The notes under the pieces were generated by a model. The model was not told the DNA's origin and searched no databases. It saw only the letters and a program-made list of their open reading frames with translations. The translations under genes were made by a program, and so were the position numbers. From positions 1 to 64,000 of IMG/VR virus record IMGVR_UViG_3300035181_002093: DNA of 64,000 nucleotides. One strand, written 5' to 3'. Positions 47,169 to 55,659 of the stretch are shown here, one piece after another (within the stretch, counting starts at the first letter, position 1; the number at the start of each line of letters is the position of its first letter). This DNA is from an uncultured virus (IMG/VR IMGVR_UViG_3300035181_002093) (lineage: Duplodnaviria; Heunggongvirae; Uroviricota; Caudoviricetes).

Positions 47169-48158
47169 ATGGCCGTTGTGGACCAGTTTTCCGACCCCGT
47201 GATGGCGCACCTGGTGCGCCGCGTCTCCGATCGTCCGAAGCTCGCAGCAGCGATCCAGGACTTCGACGTCGACCGCGATGAACAGGACACGCTTCCTGCG
47301 ACCGCGTTCGCGTGGTCCGAGAAGCGTGCCTTTCCTGTGCACACGCGCGAGCACACGATGCTCTCGCGCGTCTACCGTGAGGGCATTCCCAACGTGCCAG
47401 CACACGTCGACCGCGCTCTCAAGGAAGCGTGCGAGGTCTACGGCATCGACGACGGGCTCTACGCACGTCCCAAGGTCGCAGCGGCTCCCGAGTCCGCTGA
47501 CGCCTTCCTCCTGCCCGACATCCGCCGGATGCGTGTCACCGAGGTCGGACACGTCAAGGAGGCCGAGGAGAAGCTGCGCACCGAGGGTCGTAAGCTCTCG
47601 ATCGAGCACCGTGCTCTTGCCAGCCGACGCCTCGTCGAGAAGGCAGCATTCTTCGGCACAGGCGTTCGTGACGAGATCCGCAAGATGGCAGGCCTGACGG
47701 TCACCGACCGTCAACCGCTGGTCGACTGGCTCGAGGCTCGCCGCGAAGCCGCACCCGTCGAACACAAGGACGGCTACCAGAAGCTCGCGAACGCAGCGAA
47801 GCGGATGCCCGCCGAGCTGCGTGACCGTCAACAGCAGATCAAGCTGGCCGAGGCGATCGGCGAGCTGGACGAGATGTCCGGCCTCGATCGTTACTACGAC
47901 CGCAAGCTGCCCGACCCGCTCATGACGGTCTTCAACTCGAGCAAGATTGCAGGGCAGGGTGTCACGCTCGCGGGACGCTTCCTGCCGATCGAGCGCGTCG
48001 CGTCCTACCCCTCGACGTTCTACTCTGACATCCTCGGTCCCGACATCGTCCGTGAAGCCTCGGACATGTCCGGCCAGATGGACCCCCAGCGCCTCGCACA
48101 GGTGCTCGAGACCCTGCCCGTCGACATGCAGCGCATGTTGTCCGCGCAGATGCGCTAG
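47169..48158 (+). CDS. Putative head-associated protein rich in K-x-A motifs
   Basis: 329 aa; 10 of 15 Lys lie in K-x-A; late-type motif upstream. Confidence 0.6.
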   Translation: MAVVDQFSDPVMAHLVRRVSDRPKLAAAIQDFDVDRDEQDTLPATAFAWSEKRAFPVHTREHTMLSRVYREGIPNVPAHVDRALKEACEVYGIDDGLYARPKVAAAPESADAFLLPDIRRMRVTEVGHVKEAEEKLRTEGRKLSIEHRALASRRLVEKAAFFGTGVRDEIRKMAGLTVTDRQPLVDWLEARREAAPVEHKDGYQKLANAAKRMPAELRDRQQQIKLAEAIGELDEMSGLDRYYDRKLPDPLMTVFNSSKIAGQGVTLAGRFLPIERVASYPSTFYSDILGPDIVREASDMSGQMDPQRLAQVLETLPVDMQRMLSAQMR

Positions 48159-48167
48159 AGATCTTGC

Positions 48168-48812
48168 ATGAGCAAAGACCTCCTCCAGAATCCGGACACC
48201 GCTGCCGTTGTCCTGATGCAGGCTGCGCACGCACGGCTGGGCGACTTTCTCGCGTGGGAACCCGAGTCGATCTGGCTCGAGCTGCAGCATCGAGGCATCG
48301 ATCTGCCGGAGAGCAACCGCGCCAAGCTCATGGCGGCTCTGACGCTGCGCCTCATCCCTTCGTTCTACTGGGATGCGATCACGTTCGAAAAGACGGCCAT
48401 CGCCTTCGACGGCGCCATGCCCAATCCCGACACCCTCGAAGAGGCGTCGCCCGGACGCCTCGCGTGGGCCGTGGTCGAAGCTGCGTGGATCCTCCGTCTC
48501 GCGAAGGACGCGACGTGGGAATTCAACAGCGAGCCCCGCGCCTACGCCGGCGTGATCCTGGCGCGTGCGGGCTTTGTGCTCGCGCCCGAACAGCTCGCCT
48601 TCGCGCAGCCTACGTTGAATCGCGAGCGCTTTCACACGCACCTCTTCGAAGAGGTCAAGGAGCGTTGGGCACGTGTCGACAAGGATCACTTGGCAGCGTT
48701 GAGCCTGCAAGAGACGCCTGTCGACGTTCAGATCGCGCGTCTTGCCGCGGTTGAACTCCACGTGCGCGAACGCCACGCACGCGCTGAGCGGGACCTGGCC
48801 CGCGTTGCATGA
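48168..48812 (+). CDS. Hypothetical protein (possibly virion/assembly)
   Basis: 214 aa; co-oriented with 47169 and the terminase. Confidence 0.7.
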   Translation: MSKDLLQNPDTAAVVLMQAAHARLGDFLAWEPESIWLELQHRGIDLPESNRAKLMAALTLRLIPSFYWDAITFEKTAIAFDGAMPNPDTLEEASPGRLAWAVVEAAWILRLAKDATWEFNSEPRAYAGVILARAGFVLAPEQLAFAQPTLNRERFHTHLFEEVKERWARVDKDHLAALSLQETPVDVQIARLAAVELHVRERHARAERDLARVA

Positions 48813-48814
48813 CG

Positions 48815-50101
48815 TCACGACGGGCTCGCAGCCTGCGCTTCCTTCTGTGCTGCGATCTTGGCCTGGTGCAGACGCTTGAGGCCGTCCATGAAGACGGGCT
48901 CCTGTCCCAGCTTCTGATTCAGGACCAGCAGGAAGTTCTTGGCCTCGGTGCCCATGCGGTTGGCTTCATCGGTGAGCTTCTGGATGAACGACACCAGGAT
49001 CTCCTCGGGCAGGTCTCCGATGAAGACGGACAACTGCTTCACGATCGACTCGGGCTTCTTGGAGAGATCCGCGAAGATGCGCGTCGCCAGGCCCATCGAC
49101 AGCTCGGTGACCTTGTCCAGGCGGCCCTCACCCTCCTTGGGGATGTACTTCTTGAAACGCTTGCGCGTCTCCGTGTCGGGGCCGTAGCTGTTCAGCACGT
49201 CGTCCGGCGTGACGACCATCGTGTTGTCACGCACGAAGTCGAGAAACGCAGTGGCCGATGCCGAGCCGATCGCGCCTGCGATGGCCGCTCGTCCGATGGA
49301 GCTGTTCAGCGGGACCTTGGCCTCCTCGAACTGCACGCAGATGCGCGAGACGGTCTCCCAGGTGGCCGGGCAAGCGAACGCCTTGCCGGCGAGCGCGGCC
49401 ATCTCGTCGTACCCGTGGCTGGGCTGCGCGCCGAGATGTCCGATGACGTGCTCATGGAAGCTCGCGTCCATCGCGTACTTCATGAAGTCGCCGTAGTTGT
49501 AGGCGACGCCGACGGACTGCAGGCGTCGACGCATCGCCGGGTCCCGCTCGAACTCGTTGACGTTCATGCCGCCGCCCGACGGGTTCATCGTCACCACGAT
49601 CTGGATGCAGTCGTGGAGCTTGATGTCGCCGATCATGCGATCGCCGATCAGCACGAAGGCCGCACGTGTCACCGACTTGTCGACGGCACGATTCAGCTCC
49701 TCGATCGAGAGGATCGGGCACATGTCCTTGGGGACCTTGCCCTTGAACTTCTTGCCCATCTGCTCAGCCCACTCGATGATGGGCTGGAACAGACGCGGCA
49801 CGCGCTGGTCGAAGTACTGCTTCGTGTCGCTCGCCGTGGTCGGGATGAAGAAGCCCTCCTGGGTCGCGGTCGGCATGTGCAACGCGACGTAGGGCACGCC
49901 CTTGCCGCCGTTCCGGCGCTTGGCAACCTGCGTCGGGATGGCCGTCTTACCGATGCCCGACGGACCGATCGCACACACCACCGTGCGTGTGCCGGCGTTC
50001 AGATTGATCAACTCCTCGAACACGCGAGGTGTGACCATCTCGACGCCGAGCTTGGAGGCGAAGGTTTCTTCCATCGAAGCCTTGGTGTCAGCAGTACTCA
50101 T
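48815..50101 (-). CDS. MoxR-like AAA+ ATPase
   Basis: GPSGIGKT, LSIEELNRA, VTMNP, DPAMRRR, CPATWE. Confidence 0.85.
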   Translation of the reverse strand: MSTADTKASMEETFASKLGVEMVTPRVFEELINLNAGTRTVVCAIGPSGIGKTAIPTQVAKRRNGGKGVPYVALHMPTATQEGFFIPTTASDTKQYFDQRVPRLFQPIIEWAEQMGKKFKGKVPKDMCPILSIEELNRAVDKSVTRAAFVLIGDRMIGDIKLHDCIQIVVTMNPSGGGMNVNEFERDPAMRRRLQSVGVAYNYGDFMKYAMDASFHEHVIGHLGAQPSHGYDEMAALAGKAFACPATWETVSRICVQFEEAKVPLNSSIGRAAIAGAIGSASATAFLDFVRDNTMVVTPDDVLNSYGPDTETRKRFKKYIPKEGEGRLDKVTELSMGLATRIFADLSKKPESIVKQLSVFIGDLPEEILVSFIQKLTDEANRMGTEAKNFLLVLNQKLGQEPVFMDGLKRLHQAKIAAQKEAQAASPS

Positions 50102-50126
50102 TTCATTCTCCTAGGTTCCCGTTGAT

Positions 50127-51740
50127 ATGTCGGAAGAGGTTTATCGTTCAACCATCGCGCAGGGGATGTTCTACGTCGACGGCAAGCCTTTGTCGCTCGA
50201 GGACTACCCGATGTTTGGCGCGGTGTACGACGGCAAGTACCCGCGCCTGCTCTTGAAGACGGGACGACAGGTCACCAAGTCGACCACGCTCGCCGCCTTC
50301 ATGATCGCGGAGGCCGTCGCGACCCCGAACTTCAAGTCCTACTACGTCTCGCCGACGCAGGAACAGACTCGTAAGTTCTCGCACACCCGCGTCGCCAAGA
50401 TTCTCGCCTACAGCCCAGACCTTCGGAAGGGTTTCGTCAACGCGAACTCCATTGACAACGTGCTCCTGCGAATGTTCAGGAACGGGTCCGAGATGGCGTT
50501 CACGTATGCGCTCGATGACCCTGATCGCGCACGCGGGTACTCCGCTGATCGTTGCAATTTCGACGAGGTGCAAGACATTCTCTACGAGTCGGTCATTCCC
50601 GTCATCGAGGAATGTATGGCCAACTCGAGCTATCAGTATTCGGCCTACGCTGGAACGCCCAAGACGATGGAGAACACCATCGAATTCTTGTGGTCCCAGT
50701 CATCACAGACCGAATGGTGCATGCGCTGCAAAGCATGCAACAAGTGGACGTTCATCGATAGCGTGAAGGGGTTGGGCAAGCTGGGCCCTGTCTGTATTGG
50801 CTGTGGTACGTACCTCGATCCGCGTAAGGGTCAGTGGGTCGACATGTCCAAGGACAAGGCGGCCGGCATCAAAGGTTTTCACATCTCGCAGGCCATCATG
50901 CCTGTCAACGTACCTGCGTCCTGGCAGCCCGGAACGTCAGGGTACGAAGCCGCAATCGAACGCTGGAACAAGCTGCTCTACAAGATGGACTCGCCCCTCT
51001 ACGGCGAGTCGCGCTTCCTGAACGAGTGCATCGGCGTCAGCACGTCGACAGGCGTGCGTCTCTTGACCAAGGAGATCCTCGAGGCGCTCTGTGATGAGAA
51101 GCACGAGATGACACGTCTGCCGCTGCCGTTGTCGAAGGAAGGCATCGTGCGCACGGTTGCCGGCGTCGACTGGTCTGGCGGTGGCGCTGAGATCAAGGGC
51201 AGCGAGGGCATGTTCAAGTCGCGCACGGTGCTCCACATCTGGGGCCAGCAAGCCGATGGACGGCTCAAGACGCTCTTCTACAAGATCTTCCCCAACGGCC
51301 ACGCGATCGGGTGGGTCGAGGAGATCGTCGAGCTGTGCAACGCCTGGGCAGTCCAGATGGTGGTGGGCGACGCCGGCGAAGGCGCCATCGGCAACTCGTT
51401 CTTGCGCGCGAAGCTCGGCGACCACCGCGTCACCTCCATTCGATACATGGCGCTGTCCAAGCCCTACGAGTGGAACCCGAACGGCATGGTCTACAACGCC
51501 GACCGCACCACGATGATCGACAACTTCGCACGGCAGCTCCTGCACAAGCAGCTGATCTACCCGATGCTGAAACAGGCCCAGCCTGCCATCAACGACATCC
51601 TCAACGTCTACGAGGAAGTCACGATGCAAGGACGCAAGGTGTGGCGCCACTCTCCGACGATGCCCGATGACTGCCTGCATGCACAGCTGTTCGGCTGGTT
51701 CGCGTGGATCATCCTGACGCAGAACTACAAGTTCTTGTGA
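50127..51740 (+). CDS. terL: Terminase large subunit
   Basis: KTGRQVTKST, RARGYSADRCNFDEVQD, AGTPK, Zn motif CKAC...CIGC, AGVDW, PDDCLHA. Confidence 0.88.
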   Translation: MSEEVYRSTIAQGMFYVDGKPLSLEDYPMFGAVYDGKYPRLLLKTGRQVTKSTTLAAFMIAEAVATPNFKSYYVSPTQEQTRKFSHTRVAKILAYSPDLRKGFVNANSIDNVLLRMFRNGSEMAFTYALDDPDRARGYSADRCNFDEVQDILYESVIPVIEECMANSSYQYSAYAGTPKTMENTIEFLWSQSSQTEWCMRCKACNKWTFIDSVKGLGKLGPVCIGCGTYLDPRKGQWVDMSKDKAAGIKGFHISQAIMPVNVPASWQPGTSGYEAAIERWNKLLYKMDSPLYGESRFLNECIGVSTSTGVRLLTKEILEALCDEKHEMTRLPLPLSKEGIVRTVAGVDWSGGGAEIKGSEGMFKSRTVLHIWGQQADGRLKTLFYKIFPNGHAIGWVEEIVELCNAWAVQMVVGDAGEGAIGNSFLRAKLGDHRVTSIRYMALSKPYEWNPNGMVYNADRTTMIDNFARQLLHKQLIYPMLKQAQPAINDILNVYEEVTMQGRKVWRHSPTMPDDCLHAQLFGWFAWIILTQNYKFL

Positions 51741-51743
51741 GGG

Positions 51744-51816
51744 TGGACTCGAGGGGGATCGAACCCCTGACATCTAGCTTGCAAAGCTAGCGCTCTCCCA
51801 GCTGAGCTACGAGCCC
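51744..51816 (-). tRNA. tRNA-Ala(UGC)
   Basis: GGGCTCG acceptor with G3:U70, anticodon arm CTAGC-TTTGCAA-GCTAG, GGTTCGATCC T-loop; followed by CC, not CCA. Confidence 0.93.
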
Positions 51817-51818
51817 GG

Positions 51819-51889
51819 TTCGCGGAGAAGGACTCGAACCTTCATAAACGGCGTCAAAGGCCGTTGTCCTGCCATTGAACGATCCGCGA
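51819..51889 (-). tRNA. tRNA-Gln(UUG)
   Basis: TCGCGGA/TCCGCGA acceptor (U1-A72), ACGGC-CTTTGAC-GCCGT arm, GGTTCGAGTCC T-loop. Confidence 0.9.
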
Positions 51890-51896
51890 GAAGCCG

Positions 51897-52463
51897 TCAG
51901 TGTACGGTCGGAAACACGGAGACGTACATCTCCATCAGCTTCAGGTAGACCTCGCGACACGCGCGAGCGTCTCCCATCGCGCGGTGCGCTTCGTGCTCGA
52001 TGCCGAAGTGCGCTGACAGCGTCACGAGCTTGAGGTTCGGAACGTGACCTGCCTTGAGCAGTGGCGTCGCGAGCGCGACCGTGTCGATCTTGTGGTAGTC
52101 GCCGTTCCAGCGTTGGCTGCGTTGCGCCATCGCCATCTCGAAGAAGGACCAGTCGAACGGCGTGTTGTGCGCGACGAACACCGAGTCGCGCCCCAAGCCC
52201 AACATCTTCACCATGGCGATGTCGAGGTCGATGGCCTCCGATGCCCACTTCTCGGTGGTGTAGCCGTTGATGCGTGCCGCCCCAGGGTCGACGGGCTTCT
52301 TCGGGATGACCTTGGCGGAGTACTCGTTCAGGACATGTTGTCCTGACGGGTCCGTCACGATACAGGCCACCTCGACCATGTCAGCGACGGCGGGGTTGAG
52401 CCCTCCGGTCTCACAGTCGAAGAAGAAGAGGTTGCAGTCCTTCATGGCGGGGCGTGGCGGCAT
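51897..52463 (-). CDS. DEDDh 3'-5' exonuclease (DnaQ-like)
   Basis: FDCETGGL, VAHNTPFD, DTVALA, HRAMGD. Confidence 0.9.
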   Translation of the reverse strand: MPPRPAMKDCNLFFFDCETGGLNPAVADMVEVACIVTDPSGQHVLNEYSAKVIPKKPVDPGAARINGYTTEKWASEAIDLDIAMVKMLGLGRDSVFVAHNTPFDWSFFEMAMAQRSQRWNGDYHKIDTVALATPLLKAGHVPNLKLVTLSAHFGIEHEAHRAMGDARACREVYLKLMEMYVSVFPTVH

Positions 52464-52502
52464 TGATGGTCCTCTGCGAAATCTTATACCAGAAAGGTAG
52501 GT

Positions 52503-52667
52503 TTATTTAGCAAGCACGACGGCGCGCGGAAGACGGTCCTGGAGATCTTTTTCGTGACCACACGTCCAGCCGTCTCCGCCGCACGTGACCTCCAGGTCGA
52601 TCGATACCTGACACACCCCAGGCGGGATCCGGAGGAGCACCACCACCAGGAATGCGATGAGCCACAT
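52503..52667 (-). CDS. Small membrane/secreted peptide (54 aa)
   Basis: TGATG coupling to the polymerase stop; MWLIAFLVVVLLRIPP..., three Cys. Confidence 0.45.
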   Translation of the reverse strand: MWLIAFLVVVLLRIPPGVCQVSIDLEVTCGGDGWTCGHEKDLQDRLPRAVVLAK

Positions 52668-55624
52668 CACGACGCGACCTCTGCAATCTCGGCGATCGCC
52701 TCGCGCTCCTTGCGCTCCTCGTCGTCTTCACGCAGATCGTTGAGGGATTCCTCGTCCAGTTCGACCAGGAACTCCTCGTCGGGCGTCATCACCTTCTGAG
52801 GGTTCCGGGTGATGTAGTCGGACAGGGCGATCGTTTCGCCGTAGCTCGGACCGACGCTCACGTCGTGTGCGAACGCGACGGGCAGCCAGGGGAACTTCTG
52901 ACTGACACGCTCCACGCAGTAGTAGTCGAAGAATGCCTGCGCCTGGGGGAGGTACTTCTTCTTGATGGTGCCGACGATCGAGTCGTGCACCGTGATGCAG
53001 CAACGGCCGCCCAGCTGGCCGATGTTCTCGAAGATCTCGATCAGCTGCGCCACGACGATATCCGACGACGTCGACTGGATCTTCATGTTCTTGCCACGAC
53101 GTTCGGCCTGCCCCCGGAAGAAGCCGTTGACCGTCTGAAGCGGGAACCGACGGCGGCGTCCGAACAACGTCTCGACGAAGCCCTTCGAGTGGATCTGCGA
53201 CACCACTTCGTCCATGTAGTCGCGCAAGGACGGGAAGCGGTTGAACAGCTTGTCGATGACGTTCTGCGCAGCCTCTTCCGAGATGCCGGCTGTTTCGGCG
53301 ATCTTCTTCGCCATCGCACCATAGAGAATGCCGAACACGACACGCTTCACGGTCGTGCGTGTCTTGCCCATCTCGTCGCTAATGTCCTTCTGTGCCTCGA
53401 CCTCCTCGTACGGGATGCCGAAGATCTCCTGCGTGAACCAGCTGTGGACATCGAGCCCGTCGTTCAGCGCCTTGATCAACTGCGGGTCAGGCGCGTACGC
53501 CGTGAACACGCGAATCTCCGCACCTTTCCAGTCCACGTTGAAGATCAGCTCTTCCTCGGGGTCATCCGGGATGAAGATTTTCTTGATGTTGACGCCGGCC
53601 AGCTTCTTCGGCTGGTTCTGCATGTTGACGTTCGAGGAGGACAGTCGCCCCGTCGATGTGCCGTGCAGGTGGAAGCTGGTGTGCAGATAGCCGTCGTACT
53701 CCGACAACATCTTGATGTCGTGGACGAACCCGGTCAGCGCTTTGTGTGCCGACCGATACTCGAGCAGCGTCTTGGAGAACGGACATTTCATGCGCTCGAC
53801 GAGCGCCTTGAGCATCTTCTTGTCGGTCTTGTACTTGTTCGACTTCTTGTTTCGCTCGAGCCAGTCGTTGTCGTAGGCGACACGTGTGCCGTCTGGCTGA
53901 GGCACCCCCTTGTTGTAGAGGATGTATGCGATGTCTGCCGTCGAGTTGGGATTGAACTCGGTCCCCTTTTCGGGATCCCACATCTCGGCGAGGATCTTCT
54001 TCTTCTCATCGACGATCTTGCTCAGGTCGATCTCGAGCTTCTCGATGTACGGCCGGTCGACACGGAAGCCCGTGAACTCCATGCTCCCAAGCACACGCGA
54101 CGCTGGAACACAGTGCGAGGCCATGAGCGCACGCGCGTGCTGCTGGAAGCCTTCTTGTTGCATACGCACGAACTGATGACGCAGAAGACGGCGCGTCAGG
54201 TCCGTGTCGACAGCGGCGTAGATGAGCAGCGTATCGAGGGCCACGCGCTCGTAGCCTTCATCGAAGACCTGCTTCTTGCGGTCCTTCTTGGTCCCGAACA
54301 AGTAGGCCTCGAGTTCCTTCTTGCTCATCTCCATCGTCAGGCCGTCTTCGATGCCCGCGATGCCCTTCTTCGGCTTGCCCTTGCGCGCCTTGACGAGAAC
54401 CGTGCGCACCCCCTCCTCTTCCGGGGTGAGCTGTTCGGCCAACTCCTGCACCTTGTCAGCGTAGTTGCTGAACATCGGGAAGTAGCTGCGCCCCAACGTC
54501 TTGAGGCCATACGAGCCTGTCATGTCCTCGCGGAGCAAGTGCTCCCCAAGCATCGAGTCCCAGGCGACGTTGTTGACGCGCCAGCCGTGTCGCAGCTCGA
54601 GGAACTTGAGGTCGAACTTGGCGTTGTGGAAGACCTTGGGCTTGGGACACTCGAGCACGCGCTTGACATGTCCGATGACCTCTTCAAGCTCTTCGGGACT
54701 CCACGGAGATTCCCGATGGAACAATGGGATTGCAGTCGCGCACCCAGTGTCCCATGCGAACGAGACACACAGAACCTTCGCATCCTTGCGATGCGGGTTG
54801 ACGGTGTTGGTCTCAGTATCCACCGCGATGGCACACTGCGCGGCGGTCTTGGCACCTGTGACTACATGGTCAATAATCGTGTCACAGACCTCTTTGACCT
54901 CCGCAACCGTTTGCGGAATCCGATAGTCCTTGGTGATCTCCTCGATCGTAGCGTTGGTCCCCGCTTCATCAACACCACCCGCGATGCGGATGGCGCGTAC
55001 AACGTCCGCGTAGAACAGGTTGTAAAGGCCCGTCTTGGAGACCAGGTGCTTAGTCGAAAAGGTTGGAAGGACCTTGTACGCAACGCCGTCGATTTCGATG
55101 TTGAGAAGCCGCCCGCGCGATTCCATGAACGCGTTGTCGCGATACCCGAGAGCCTTGAGAGCGGTCGCTCCGAACGCCACGACGATCTTCGGCTTGTGGT
55201 CCTTCAACTCACGGCGGAGATAGTCCGAGCAGCGTTTGATGGTCGCGGCACTCGCAGTCGCGCTCTGGTCACGCCCGTCTTCGACCTGACACTTGACGGC
55301 GTACGTGTCCCATTTGGTCAGGAACTCCATGCGCAGGTTTCCGCCCGTGCGCTTGTCCAGCTCCTTCAACTCCTTCCAGAGAGTACGGATGATGCGTCCA
55401 CCGCGCCCGTAGAACACCTGCTGGTTGTTGGTGGACCAGGACGACGGGGACTCGGACACGAACATGATGTCCACGCTGCCACGCCAACCCTGACCCTTCA
55501 CACACGCCTTGTCGAACAGGTCGCAGCCCCGGCAGGGGAACGGTTTCTGTTTCGATTCACCCTCCAGGCTCAGGGACGGATCGTCCACGGAGATCGCCGG
55601 AGGCTTGTCTTTCTTGGCAGCCAC
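52667..55624 (-). CDS. polA: Family A DNA polymerase with N-terminal UDG-like domain and 3'-5' exonuclease
   Basis: Exo VDTET, HNAKFD, YAAVD; pol TGRLSS, DWKGAEIR, KRVVFGILYG, VHDS; N-terminal CxxC...VKC...RC and KPKIVVAFGATA. Confidence 0.92.
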   Translation of the reverse strand: MAAKKDKPPAISVDDPSLSLEGESKQKPFPCRGCDLFDKACVKGQGWRGSVDIMFVSESPSSWSTNNQQVFYGRGGRIIRTLWKELKELDKRTGGNLRMEFLTKWDTYAVKCQVEDGRDQSATASAATIKRCSDYLRRELKDHKPKIVVAFGATALKALGYRDNAFMESRGRLLNIEIDGVAYKVLPTFSTKHLVSKTGLYNLFYADVVRAIRIAGGVDEAGTNATIEEITKDYRIPQTVAEVKEVCDTIIDHVVTGAKTAAQCAIAVDTETNTVNPHRKDAKVLCVSFAWDTGCATAIPLFHRESPWSPEELEEVIGHVKRVLECPKPKVFHNAKFDLKFLELRHGWRVNNVAWDSMLGEHLLREDMTGSYGLKTLGRSYFPMFSNYADKVQELAEQLTPEEEGVRTVLVKARKGKPKKGIAGIEDGLTMEMSKKELEAYLFGTKKDRKKQVFDEGYERVALDTLLIYAAVDTDLTRRLLRHQFVRMQQEGFQQHARALMASHCVPASRVLGSMEFTGFRVDRPYIEKLEIDLSKIVDEKKKILAEMWDPEKGTEFNPNSTADIAYILYNKGVPQPDGTRVAYDNDWLERNKKSNKYKTDKKMLKALVERMKCPFSKTLLEYRSAHKALTGFVHDIKMLSEYDGYLHTSFHLHGTSTGRLSSSNVNMQNQPKKLAGVNIKKIFIPDDPEEELIFNVDWKGAEIRVFTAYAPDPQLIKALNDGLDVHSWFTQEIFGIPYEEVEAQKDISDEMGKTRTTVKRVVFGILYGAMAKKIAETAGISEEAAQNVIDKLFNRFPSLRDYMDEVVSQIHSKGFVETLFGRRRRFPLQTVNGFFRGQAERRGKNMKIQSTSSDIVVAQLIEIFENIGQLGGRCCITVHDSIVGTIKKKYLPQAQAFFDYYCVERVSQKFPWLPVAFAHDVSVGPSYGETIALSDYITRNPQKVMTPDEEFLVELDEESLNDLREDDEERKEREAIAEIAEVAS

Positions 55625-55659
55625 TACAAGTCCTCCGATGTTGGCGACATAAACATATC

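Noticed and set aside
51742..51889. tRNA as a prophage attachment site
   Set aside because: Phage genes continue on both sides; no integrase or duplicated tRNA 3' end seen
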